Part shown: positions 24,078-36,274 of the stretch, piece after piece
Layout of the letters: each line of letters starts with the position of its first letter
Numbering within the stretch: position 1 is the first letter of the stretch
From: Podarcis melisellensis
Taxonomy: Eukaryota
Strand: one strand, 5' to 3'
Assembly (NCBI GenBank): GCA_964234715.1
Contig: OZ174276.1
DNA: 64,000 bases
Made by a program: the position numbers and the translations under genes
Notes under the pieces: generated by a model
Seen by the model: only the letters and a program-made list of their open reading frames with translations
Told to the model about the DNA's origin: nothing
Database searches by the model: none

Positions 24078-25722
24078 TCGGAACAATGAAGAGTTTCTTA
24101 TAAGGACCTACGCTATCATGCCCCTCCCAGGACTGGATGATACACTTCATTTTGGGGGGGGGGGGAGGTTGAGTTTCACTTTGATGTCAGACCCTGGTGA
24201 ATAGTGGGCTGGCAATAGCCCACATGTACCCTAGGGATTTTGTTTGTTTTGTTGTTTTCCCGTGTGTGTTTCCTTGTTCTATTTAAGTGCCTCCTTTTCT
24301 TCATCCTACTAAGGGTTGTTCATCTTTGATTACTTTTCTCCCCCCCCTCCCCCTACCACCACAAAATGCTGACATGGACTGTTTGTAGCCTGAGGCTAAT
24401 TCCTGGTCACTTTAAGGCCTGTTCAGTCAACCAGTCTAGGGAAGGTCAGTTTGAAAGAAGAATCAAGTGAATGTTGAAGCCAGTTAAACACTCCGCAGTC
24501 GTTTGGATGACTTTGTAGGTTCCCGTTGTCCCCCCTCCACGGAGACTAAATCCAGCGGCTATTAACGGCCTTGGGGAGTATGACCCTGTTGGAACTCACA
24601 CGATAAGTATAAGGCTGAAGTCCCAGAGGTTTCAGTGAAACTTACTTGCTGTCCTGAATCAGGGCCTGCAGCGTGCCAGAGTGTAGGGTTGTGCTTTCAA
24701 AAGGGTATTGAGATATGTTAGTTTTTAAAGGTAGCGTAATAATTTTTTTAACGAGTCTATTTTTATATGAAAAAATATTTATTGATTTTCATTCTGACAG
24801 CACACACACACACACATATATGATTGAATAGGGACATTGAGGCAATCACCATTGAACTCAATGCAATGGCAGCGCCTAAAGTGCAGGCATGCCTAGAAAG
24901 GTCAGAGCCTCTTCCTCAGCTCAGATGTTGTAGGAAGCGGGGTGTTCGTTGTTACCCTTGCTTGGCCTTCAAAGTCAACTGCAAATTATTGGGTGAGGTG
25001 TCTGCAAATGTGTCCTACATACGGTGGGATTTGATGGCTTTTCCACCATCATCAGCTTTTAGTCCAGCCTTCCAAACCTAGAGGCCTCTGGATTTATTTT
25101 ATTTTTTACTACTATTCCCATCACCCCTTGCCATTGTCTAGTCTTGATGGGGCTGGTGGGAATTGTAGTCCAAGACATCTGGAGTGCATCAAGGTTTTGG
25201 AAGGCAATGCAAAGCTTTGGAAAGCCTAACCTGTTCAAGATGCTCTTCCATATTGGCTAGGGCCATCATATATGTTACAAATCCTTCATAGACACTATAC
25301 AGGGAATATTCTTTCAGTGGAAAGTCTTGAGGCTCATTCAGTTAGAATATCCCTGCTCTTTTTCGGTTGTTATTCAAGCATCCCTGCCCCCATGAATTTT
25401 GAATGACTGTCAACATGTAAGCAGCCCAGATAGACACTTGTACACTTGTGGTTAAAATTTAGCCCATCTAAATCTTTGCCATGGTTTAGTTACGTTCTTC
25501 CACTGGAAGCCACAGCTGCAACATTAAGATGGAGAGTAGAGGTGATGGTTCCGTCAGCTGATTCCATTCCCCCCAAATGTTTGTAGATCCAGATTTACTA
25601 GGCATACACCTACATGCACTGCCAGGATTTTAAAAAACCATGAAACTGTATTCACAATGGAAAGAAATGTCTTTTGCTGCTTAAAACATGGAGGGCGGGT
25701 GTTGAAAAATCTAAAATGTACA

Positions 25723-25728
25723 AATAAA
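25723..25728 (+). terminator. Candidate OTOP2 polyadenylation signal AATAAA
   Basis: AATAAA followed by a GT/T-rich tract (ttgatttgggtgagtttattctcttctttt); implies a 3' UTR of about 1.7 kb. Confidence 0.45.
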
Positions 25729-27511
25729 TGAAAATCATGTTTGATTTGGGTGAGTTTATTCTCTTCTTTTGATATGCCTTAAGGATCAATGCAGAGGGAG
25801 AAGGTTGGGTTGGGGTTTGAGCTGATTTACTGTGTCAGATACCAAAAGTCATTTAGAAGTTTGGAGTCTACATTTCCATGGATACATTTGGGGGAAAGAA
25901 ACATTTTTGTGCAGTAGTAAAAATATTTTAGCTGGAATCCTAAGAGTCAGCATAAGTTAATGGAAGGAAGGTTTCCACTGTAGGGATTTACATGCCCTCC
26001 AAAACCTCTCTTAAGTTTCAGATATGGGGCTATGTGGGGCTGTGTTTACATTCCTGTTTAATGGGCACTCACTTTGTTTAGAGTGCTGGGATTTTAATCC
26101 ATATTCGCACAACATTACCCATAATGCATATGGATCCTGTACTTCATTATGAGATCCCATTGTTTAATGCATTGTTCCTCACACCAGTTTCACACTGATT
26201 GGAACCATTAAGCCACTCCTAATTCGCCTTTAGTCAAGGTATGAACACTCTTGCACAGGGTAAAGGCATCCCGTCCTGTCAAGGGGAAAGCACCTTCACT
26301 GTACTTTAAGGTGCTAATGTGAACACACCCCAGGATAGGGCATCGAGGCTGCTGAGAAGAAATCACCAAAACAGCTTCGCAGCCCCTCAAAAATCCATGC
26401 CCAGAGCCATGGTCCCTTTGCCCTGTCCCATGCTACGCCCCTGGCCCCTGCAGATATTATACATAGCCGTGGGCAGTGCGAACCATAGTTCATTATCTAA
26501 ATCCTGGTTATATTGTCAAATATACAATGAAACCCGATTTTGTTTTCTGAGGTTAAGCCCTGCTTCCTTCAAGCATCTGTAACGAGACAACTGAGTTGCA
26601 TTTGGCTGGCATGCAGGAGAGAGCATTCTGTAGAGTTTCACCTAGATTTAGCAATTTCCTTCTGAGGGAGGCCTGCTTAGCCTCATGCCTAGCGGCCCTC
26701 TCTCAGCTTGCAAAGATTGGTCTCTTTCACCTCCTGAATTCTACCTGCCCAGTTACTGTTTAATTTTTATTGGCTGTCTTCTTTTGATCTCTGAAGACTT
26801 TTTTAAAATCACGCATTTTTGCAAATATCTATTGTTTACCTCATAGTGAGAGTTTCAACGGAAAGATGGGGAGTAAGAGTTTAGAAAAAGAACTAAGCAG
26901 GTGGTTTTTAAAGGACACAGTTAAACACACTGTTTGCTGATGATCCTTACATGCCATTTTGTTTGCAGGAGGCGCTAGCGCAATGTTTGCCAACCTGGTG
27001 CCTTCCAGATGTTTTTGACCAAAAAAACCCCACTAGCGCCAGCGAGCGCAGTCAATTCTAGTCCAAAACCTCTGGAAAGGGGCATCAGGTTTGCAGAGGC
27101 TGCCCTACTGTGTAGCCGCTGGTAGTGTTCTGTGTACATTTCAGGGCTGCTCTCGGCCTATAAAGTTTTCAAGATCCAACATGATTACCACACAGGCCAT
27201 TTCCCTCTGTCCTGCCATTAATTTTACCTCAGAAGAGCATAGTGCCCTTGTGGCACGCTGCTATCCACAGGCACACTTGGGTGGTATTATTTCAGAAGCA
27301 CCCACAACACTTTTTCATTTGGGCTAACATGTCACATTTAGGATTTGCAAGTTGTAAGATATTTAGTGGAGCCAGCAGCAGTTAATTTAATGCCCACCTG
27401 TTGGTATGAAGCTGCAACCAAGGTGTATTCATTCCTGCCTCATTTATGGGCAAATGAGTGGGGGCCTAGGAGCTGGCAGGGGAGCAGCTCATGTCTACAC
27501 AAACACAAATA

Positions 27512-27742
27512 CAGTGGTACCTTGGGTTACATACGCTTCATATTACAGATGATTCAGGTTACAGACTCTGCTAACCCAGAAATAGTACCTTGGGTTAAGA
27601 ACTTTACCTCAGGATGAGAACAGAAATCGCGCGGTGGCAGCGGGAGGCCCCATTAGCTAAAGTGGTACCTCAGGTTAAGAACAGTTTCAGGTTAAGAACG
27701 GACCTCCAGAACAAATTAAGTTCTTAACACGAGGTACCACTC
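27512..27742 (+). mobile_element. Tc1/mariner-pogo-type MITE (TIR CAGTGGTACC)
   Basis: ta|CAGTGGTACCTTGGGTTA ... GAGGTACCACTC|ta; inverted relative to the 30060 copy (strand is relative). Confidence 0.85.
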
Positions 27743-28782
27743 TACATTTATGCTTACAGAAAGGCCCCACATGACCAACTCTACCATTAGACAACATGAG
27801 GTGGCCCTCAGGTCCCTAATTTTGGATTGCCACAAAAAGCCAACAAATTGTAAGAAGTTTAACTGCATTGTTATATGTATACTGCCAGAGAGAGGTACGT
27901 TTGAACTTTTTTTGCCTCAGATGCCAAAATAACTTAGCCAGTCTTGGGTACCTAACTTTTGGGGTCGGTGTGGGGAGTGACATTTGTTGTTCTGCTTCAG
28001 GCCAGCCCTGCAGAAAAGTTGCCATGTTGTAAATGCGGCAGGTGTGTTAAGCGGCCGCATTAGTCGTTGGTGACTGAACCAAGGCCAACACAAAAGCCAA
28101 GACTTTTCACTGTCTAATTACTTAACAATGGCTCTAATCTTGCTAATGGGCAATGATAAGAAAGCTCTCATACTTTAGCTGCTCATGATGTGTCAGCGTT
28201 GTTAGAAAACACAAGAACTGCACAAGCAGTCTTCCCCAATTTCTTCACTCTGAGAGGGTGCCGCATGTGTGCATTCGCTTTACGTTTCAGTCTCAGAAGA
28301 AGATGCAGCAGCCTCAGGGGTCTCGCAGTTACAATTGCCCAGCAAACAGGTGCAAGAAGGCCAGCGTGCTTGGGAAAATGAGAGGCAAATGCTCACCACT
28401 GTGCTGTGTGCCACCCTTAGCAATATGACCATGTTTGGGGGGGTGTCTCAAAGATGTCGCCGATTTCTGCTACCTAACAGTGTCTGCCAGGACTTACCTT
28501 TGAACGAGGCTTGAACCAGGCAGCTCCTGGGCTGGAGTCTCTTTGGTCCCCAACGTGGCTTTTGAAACCATTTTTCAAAACAACGTTGCTATCAAATAAA
28601 GGCAATATTAACAGAATTACACAGGAGAGCATAAGCGCTAGTGTCGTAATATAGCAAAAGCCAGTCAAACTGCTAAAACATGGGTGAGGAATCTCAGACC
28701 CAAGGACCATATGTAGCCCTCAAACCCTCCCATTCCCAAGTCACACCCCTCTCTGGTGCTGTCCTGTGTCCTCCTCAAATGC

Positions 28783-29045
28783 AATAATAATAATAATACT
28801 AATAACAACAAACAACAACAATAGTATTTGTATCCCGCCCATCTGACCAGGTTGCCCCAGTCACTCTGGGAGGCTTCCAACACATATAAAAACAAAATAA
28901 AACATTAAACCCTAAAAAGGTTTCCCTATATGGGGCAGTCTTCAGATGTCTTCTAAAGGTTATATAGTTACTCATCTCCTTGTCATCTGATGGAAGGGCA
29001 TTCCACAGGGAGGGTGCCACTACCCAGAAGGCCCTCTTGCTGCTT
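28783..29045 (-). mobile_element. L2-type LINE 3' end
   Basis: (AAT/AAC)n tail, tatcccgccc...ggaagggcattccaca; the minus ORF remnant RAFWVVAPSLWNALP...FRRHLKT is typical of an L2 ORF2 C-terminus. Confidence 0.75.
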
Positions 29046-30059
29046 CTCTGTAGCTTCCCCCTGCTCATGCTAAAACTTGGTTAAACAAAACGACTTTCAC
29101 TTGGTGCTTAAAGAGAATAAACACAAACATAAATGTATTTAGGGACCTAACCAGATAACCATCACTGACAAAGCTCCGCCCCTGGTCACCACTCAAATCA
29201 CCTCCAAAGCTGGAGACTATTGATTCTAAGAACTGGGGGGAAAGTTTTCTGCAAACAGACAAAAACCCACCGCAGAAAAGGTGATTTCATCGACAAAACA
29301 TCATTGGGGCATTTATCTGTGGGTGAGAGCAGCTTGAAGCGATGCATACTGGAGCGTCCTATGCGTATTATATTCTGTAATATGATAGCATCTGTGCAAC
29401 CCGCTTGAACAAATCTTGATGCTTTACATAAACTTCCTATGACCTGATTTTTTTATTGACACATTGCTGTGTGCAAGCAGGCAAAGACTCCACCTGCATG
29501 TAACCTTCAGCTTCTCCCTTTTCAATCCTGCTCTGGTCCTGGGAGACAGTGGAGCAGCAGACATTGGGGGCAGGAGGTGTGGAAGGCCTTGACACTACAG
29601 CAGCCTGACCTCTCTTTCCCACCTCCTGCACCTGATCTTTACTCCTCTATCCTGCCGCTTCTCCTGCCTCTGACTCCCATCTCCTGGCTGTTACAGATTC
29701 CCCCAGGTCATGGATCCCTTCTTCCACACCAGCCTCCAACTCCCCTGCTCCCAATGCCCACTTATCAGTATCCAGCCACCCCTCTGTGGTGCCCAGCCAT
29801 TCCCTGGCCTACAATACTGCTTAAAATGCATACTGCAGATGGAGCTTCAGCCTTCATAACAAGGACGCTCTGCTAGGACATTGGGAGAGCACCTGCCAGT
29901 GCCTCCTTCCCCTCCTGTCCCAATGCATGTCAAGAAATCAAACCCTATTTGATCCTTGCTCCATCTTTACCAATAGCCATGTCTTATGGCGATACCTTCC
30001 TTAATCTAATTGCAAATCTTGCATTGTTCTGGTCAAGCAACTTTTCCTCAGAGGGAGTA

Positions 30060-30300
30060 CAGTGGTACCTCGGCTTAAGTACTTAATTCGTTCCAGAGGT
30101 CCATTCTTAACCTGAAACTGTTCTTAACCTGAAGCACCACTTTAGCTAATGGGGCCTCCTGCTGCTGCTGTGCCGCCGGAGCACGATGTCTGTTCTCATC
30201 CTGAAGCAAAGTCTTAACCCGAGGTACTATTTCTGGGTTAGCGGAGTCTGTAACCTGAAGCGTATATAACCTGAAGCGTATGTAACCCGAGGTACAACTG
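30060..30300 (-). mobile_element. Tc1/mariner-pogo-type MITE (TIR CAGTGGTACC)
   Basis: ta|CAGTGGTACCTCGG ... CCGAGGTACAACTG|ta; internal sequence is the reverse complement of the 27512 copy. Confidence 0.85.
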
Positions 30301-30782
30301 TACAGAAAATAAACAAGAGTCCAAGATGACAAAGGGAGAACTTCTGAACCTCTGAAGAACATGGGCCAGAGATTCAGATCATGTAGCAGTCCGCAGCGAT
30401 TAAACTTCAGGCGATCCAGTTAGCCTAGAACAGGCCCATTTCTCGCACCCTGGATTCCTCTCAAATTGCAGCCTCGGCGGCATTAGTCATGGAGCTCTGT
30501 GGTTTTGCACTCGGCACATCCTGTGCTGCAGACTTAAACTGTTAACGTGAGCTGACCAAGCAGGTGTACATGAGGGTGGCTGGATCCCATTGGTTGGACT
30601 CTCCAGCTCTAATGAACCTCTCAGCCTGGTAATTAATATAATGACACGACTATCCCCAAAGTAAACAAGTGGAAAAAATCAATGCAAACTACACTTTTTA
30701 TTGGCAGCTAGGCTTGCCTGTGACTATTTCTCAGTCCTTCTGAGAGGAAAGGGCTTCGCAGCCCTGGAGAAGGAATGCCTTT

Positions 30783-30818
<36 letters not shown>
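30783..30818. repeat. (TAC)12 microsatellite
   Basis: Read directly from the sequence. Confidence 0.95.
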
Positions 30819-31604
30819 CTGTTTCTAGTTATGTTTCCCTGGAAGATGTAGCATAAGACCGTTTCCCACTATTCCAGTTTTCCTGCTGAAGCTGCCAGTG
30901 ATCAAGTGCGAGGTAAGAAGTGTGAAGTCACATTCCTTATACTGCATTTTCTAGAACTTCTCCTCATTGCTGGGGATTTGATTTAGGGTTGATCAGGGAT
31001 CCCAGAAACATTGTGGCTCTGGGAGCTTGGTAACAAGAAGATGGATGCATTTTAAACATTCCTTTTGAAATGTAATTGGACGGTTTCCAATGAGGACACA
31101 TTGAACCGATAAAACCCGTCATGGTATGTTTAAGTCGGAAAATAATAGCAGCCTGTTAAATGACCAATTCTGATTTGTTTTTAAGGATTTGGGGTTTAAG
31201 AGAAACAGGAAACCAGGGGGAGAGAGATTTCACAGAGGACAGAATTCATTTACCTTTAATAGTCACAAAGAATAAGAAAAGCTGTGCCTGCAAATCATAA
31301 TCTAGAAGATTGCCTCTGAGGAAGTACGGTAGTTCTCAGAATCAAAGAGGTTTCCCACATCTGGTATAGACAATGCCGAGGGAGGTAGACGGCTGATCTT
31401 AGTGTTAGACAGCTTCATACGAAGCACCCCGAACCTATCCCACTAGCATCTGCAGCTTCCTTTGGAGTAAAGACTTGGTCAAGTCTAGTCCAACAACCAC
31501 CTCTTGGTCCTGCACGTATGGTGTCAATGACCCAACCTTTGTTAAATGTCTAGGGGGGTTAAAAGCAAACTCTTCCTACCCAGCAGCCAAAGCATCACCC
31601 AGCC

Positions 31605-32001
31605 ATGGATATCAAAGCAACAGCGCATCAGAGACACCACCCCCAAGAAGCTGGAGAAGATGAGACTGCTTCCCCCAACCCAGAGGGCTGGAAGATCAAC
31701 TATGAGAAGTCGTGGCTACACCGCCATTGCTCTTCCTTGCTCCTCCGCGACAAGCAGGCCCAGAAGGCCGGGCGGCTTTTCTCAGGACTGATGGCCATGA
31801 ACGTGGTGTTCCTGGGCAGTGCCTTCATCTGCAGCATGATTTTCAACAAGGTGGTCATTACGCTGGAAGACGTCTGGATCTTCCTCTCCATCCTCAAGGT
31901 CTTGGCCTTAGGCTGGATGGCAAGCTATTTATTGTTCACCAGGAGGAAGCCACACGCTATCTTGTACCGGGATGCCCATGCAGGGCCCATGTGGGTTAAA
32001 G
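31605..32001 (+). CDS. OTOP3: OTOP3 coding exon 1
   Basis: Kozak gccATGG after a CAGCAG acceptor (31581-31586); ends DAHAGPMWVK G|GTAAGC, 397 nt. Confidence 0.9.
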
Positions 32002-32707
32002 GTAAGCAGTGCTGCCACCATCTACAACGTCCTGACAATGTGTCTAGAGTACTTCACATACCAGGATCCAAGCATAGCCCCTAGGGCACCTACCTGGTTA
32101 ATAGGCCCAAGTACCTTTTTCTTAGGTGGGCGGTGTCACATCTTGGGGGAAACCTTAATGGTGGGCTATGGAAGCTCTAGAAGAGATGGTTCACTAATTG
32201 TTTTTAGGCAGCCTAAGAAGTACAGATTAAAAAAAAAGACACATACTACAAACTCTGGGGACATTCGCACACCTTGTTGGTGCATTCCCTTTTGCACTGT
32301 GCTTGGTTTTTTTAAAGGTGCTTTTATTTAATACCAGGGGTGGGAGATCTCAGGTTCAAAGCCAAATGTGGCCCTCCCTGTCCTTCTGTCTGGCCCTTGG
32401 AACTCTCCCCAGGTCACACACTGCAAGTGTTTTTTTCCTGGCTGCAATGCATCCATGAACTCTGCTCATGTCTGCCTCCTAACTAGACAAGCAAGGGAGA
32501 AGAATGTGTGTGTAGAAAGCAGCTACCTGTACAAAGGTAAAATCTGCATTTAATGCTCCACCCACTTTTACCTTGGTCCCCCACCCACCACTGGTTGCCC
32601 AGAAGGGAATGCGGTGCTCAGGCTGAAACAGGACCCCCACCTCGCAGGTTGACTGCTCTTATTAGCTAGCTCTTGACAAAATATGGTTGGTTTGTGTGTT
32701 CATACAG

Positions 32708-32844
32708 GTTCTCTAATCCTGTTTGGCGCTTGCAGTGTCCTCCTGCACATGTTCCGGATTGGGTACAACATTATCCATATTCAGTGTAAATCCCAGGTGG
32801 CCCTTTTGTTCCCATCCATAGGAATCCTCTTCATCTGCATTCAG
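32708..32844 (+). CDS. OTOP3: OTOP3 coding exon 2
   Basis: atacag|GT SLILFGACSVLLHMFRIGY...FICIQ|GTATTA, 137 nt. Confidence 0.94.
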
Positions 32845-33606
32845 GTATTAGCTCCTGCTTTTGCTACAGCCCAGCCTCTTTGCTAACAAAAGAGCTCACT
32901 TTTATCATTGGTATCAAAAGTATATATACACATTATTGTATAAACACAATGATATTATATGCTGCCATTCTAAGAGTTGTGTGCGTGCGTGCGTGCACAC
33001 GCACGCACACACACACACAAACACACAGAGGGTTGCTTGCCTTCAACTCCTGAGTTTTTCTCCAAACCTTCAGATTTGCAGGAGCGGGGTGGGGTGGGGG
33101 GACCAGCTGCCGTTTCTCCCATTTCCAATCTGGTCCTTTCACATTTTATCCACTGCAGCAAACAGGAGACTCCCAAAGTGGGAAGAGGGCAGACAGGCAA
33201 AACACAAAGTTGCAAAGTTACAACAAACTGGGAGAAAGGGGGAAACCACAAAAGTGCCCTTCAAAACTGCAGCTTTATATTAAGTACTAACAGCCTTGTA
33301 CCTGGCATTGCTTGGTAATTCTAAGTAACAGACAAAAATTGGAGCAGTTCGAAAATTATCCACATATAGACAAAAACTTGCTCCTACATCTCAGGACCCA
33401 TAGTGTAGAATTTGGTTACATCTCAGGAGATGTTCAAATGCTAACAAGGTTACATTCAAGTATCTGTAGCCCAACACAGAACAAATGGCCCACTCCCTCC
33501 CAGTGGCATAGCTTGAATTGCCAGTGCCCAGGGCAAGGAATGTATTGTGCCCCAATTACCTGTACAAAAATACAAGCAACATGCTTAATTTATCTAACAA
33601 GATTTA

Positions 33607-33742
33607 CTGTATTTTTCTGTTTATGACTAGGTTTTTTTAACCAAAAAATTAGGTTAAAAATTGGGGCTCATCTTATACATGGGTAGTGCTGAGGGGTGTT
33701 TTCTTAATTTGGAGTCCCCCAAATGGGGGGTGGAAAATACGG
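33607..33742. mobile_element. TcMar (Tc2-like) MITE, same family as 23244
   Basis: ta|CTGTATTTTTC ... GAAAATACGG|ta; shares gactagg and tcttatacatggg blocks. Confidence 0.72.
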
Positions 33743-33857
33743 TATATACTGCTTGATTGTAAGAAAGCCTTTAAGTGGTTTTTACATGTTGGCTATTTGT
33801 ACAAAACTGTTTTCATTCTTGCTGCCACACTAATTTTCCTCTCTGCATTGATTTCAG

Positions 33858-33916
33858 ACTTACTTTATATGGTGTCATGCAAAGGACTGCACCCAGGTTC
33901 ACCACAACTTCACCAG
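33858..33916 (+). CDS. OTOP3: OTOP3 coding exon 3
   Basis: tttcag|TYFIWCHAKDCTQVHHNFTR|GTAGGA, 59 nt. Confidence 0.93.
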
Positions 33917-34189
33917 GTAGGAAAACAGAAGCAGCGTGAAACCTTTACAAATCGTAATGGTGAAACGGGAGCAGTGGGGGCTCACTTCATAACAGAGGCA
34001 AAGAACCTGTGGCCTATCAGGTGTTATGGCCCCAACTCTCATCAGCACCAACAGCCAACAAGGCCAATGGTCAGGGATGATGTGAGTTGAGAGAAGAGCA
34101 TCTCATAGGGCCACCAATTCCCCACCCTTAACAAAATTAAGTACTCTGTCACACAACACACAGCTAAACTATGGGATTTGCTCCTGTTG

Positions 34190-34455
34190 GTAGCAATGGC
34201 CACCAACTGAGATGGTTTCAAAAGAGGATTAGACCAATTCGTGGACAATAAGTGGCCACTAGCTGCAATGGCTGTATTCTACCTCTACCATTAGAGTAGG
34301 TCTCTGAATACCAGTTGCCGGGAATCGCAAGTGGGGAGACTGACACTCAAGTCCTGCTTTGGGGCAACTGGTATTCAATAAGCTTCTGGCTGGCCCTTGT
34401 GAGAATAGAGTGCTGGACCAAATAGGTCACTGGCCTGATCCAACAGGCTTTTGCT
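34190..34455 (+). mobile_element. CR1-type LINE 3' fragment
   Basis: atggccaccaact...aaaagaggattagac...ctgaataccagttgc...tggcctgatcca. Confidence 0.65.
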
Positions 34456-34577
34456 ATGCAGAATCTAGCACTAGTTATATAAGATTGCATCCAGTTGTTG
34501 CCCTACTAAGGGTAGGCCCACAGCAGTTAACAGGCATAACTAAGGGTTGGTCATTTCAATGGGTCTACGTTGAGTAG

Positions 34578-34929
34578 GGGGACGTGGGTGGCGCTGTGGG
34601 TTAAACCACAGAGCCTAGGACTTGCTGATCAGAAGCTTCGTGGTTCGAATCCCCGCAATGGGGTGAGCTTCCATTGCTCGGTCCCTGCTCCTGCCAACCT
34701 AGCAGTTTGAAAGCAAGTCAAAGTGCAAGTAGATAAATAGGTACCACTCTGGTGGGAAGGTAAACGGCGTTTCCGTGCGCTGCTCTGGTTCTCCAGAAGC
34801 GGCTTAGTCATGCTGGCCACATGACCCAGAAGCTGTACGCCACCTCCCTCGGCCAATAAAGCGAGATGAGCGCCGCAACCCAGAGTTGGTCACGACTGGA
34901 CCTAAGGGTCAGGGGTCCCTTTACCTTTA
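34578..34929 (+). mobile_element. Sauria SINE, full length
   Basis: Box A GTGGCGCTGTGG, box B GGTTCGAATCC, cctttaccttta tail; TSD TA(C/T)GTTGAGTAG. Confidence 0.95.
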
Positions 34930-35616
34930 TGTTGAGTAGAACTTAGTTGTCTGCAGCCCAAACTGTATTTACTGAAGTTTTATGATCAGAAGTTGATTCA
35001 AGGAAATGGCATTAAGGTGTTTAGGTTGTTTCTCTTGGGATAGCCCTTCTCTCCCTCGCCTACTCATTCTCTCACTCACAAACACCTTTTACATTCAAAG
35101 TTTATTCTGCAGCTTTGCAGGCTAGGTAGGAACCTTTTTCATTAATGAAAGAGGAAGCCCTCAGGGTGCTGATCTCTGCTCCTGATGCCAGACTCCACAA
35201 CTGGAACAGAATCATGGAGCTGGATTGCGTTAGCCACACAACTAAGGACTTTCACACAGCCGTTTGTCCTGCCAATTTTCCCCAGGTAAACTCTGCTCTT
35301 TACCACTGAATCAGAGAAAACATCAATTGGTCTTTCCACAGATTGAAGTTTGCTCCCATTCAGCCATAGAGAGCGGGTTTTCCTGGGAAAAGCCAAAATC
35401 CATTGGACCTGTGCTATCTGGGCATGGGACCAGCGAGAGTGTGGATGAGCCCTTAACTTTGCTATGTTAACTCAAACACGGAAAGGTCAGTCAAGTTCCC
35501 CATTCAGTTACCAACAAAAGAACTGAACACCAGTACTGTGAGAACAGGTAGAATACAGCTTCATTAATAAAAGACCGATGTCAAAAGACTATAAACATGT
35601 GTTTCTTTTTTGACAG

Positions 35617-35735
35617 ATGTGGGCTAATGCTGACCTTAGCCATTAACCTCTTGCTGTGGCTCTTAGCAGTGACCGATGACTCAGTTCACAAGGAAATTGA
35701 ATCAGAACAAAACAATACCATGCAGAGATATGAAG
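35617..35735 (+). CDS. OTOP3: OTOP3 coding exon 4 (GC donor)
   Basis: tgacag|A CGLMLTLAINLLLWLLAVTDDSVH...RYE G|GCAAGG, 119 nt; the GC donor supplies the phase 1 needed by exon 5. Confidence 0.88.
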
Positions 35736-36138
35736 GCAAGGTTCATTATCTATTTTATTTTATTTTAAAGTGGGCAAGAGATCCAAAAACAAGATACATT
35801 CTTCATCTTCTTAAAAAGGGTAGAGTAGGAAAATGGGGGACATGCCAGGTGAGCAGAAAGCTTTGCACATTTCCACACAGACAAACTGTGATTGTGAAGA
35901 CATCACATGCAATAAGATGCTAACTTAGGTTATAAACTCTATTGATAGCTTAGGTGATCGGAAAGCAGGGTGGGTTATTTGCTCACTGAAATTAAGTGAG
36001 CCCTGATGGATCATTTATAGTCCAGCATCCTGTTTTCAACATAGCCAAGCCCAAAAGCAGAACATGAATACAACAATACAAATGGTTTTCTATATGCAAA
36101 ACCATTTTGGGGGTGGAGAGGTCCTGCTTCTTGTAGAC

Positions 36139-36274
36139 CAGTGATGGCCAAACTTGGCCCTCCAGCTGTTTGGGGACTACAATTCCCATCATCCCTGACC
36201 ACTGGTCCTGTTAGCTAGGGATGATGGGAGTTGTAGTTCCAAAACAGCTGGAGGGCCAAGTTTGGCCATGCCTG
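36139..36274. mobile_element. Palindromic hAT-type MITE
   Basis: Near-perfect fold-back of 136 bp; 8-bp TSD TTGTAGAC at 36131-36138 and 36275-36282. Confidence 0.9.

Noticed and set aside
29469-29876. Pro/Leu-rich 135-aa ORF
   Set aside because: C-rich low-complexity sequence with a non-ATG start.
34578-34655. tRNA-like A and B boxes (also at about 7540-7604 and 55550)
   Set aside because: SINE heads; no complete cloverleaf, so no tRNA gene is called.
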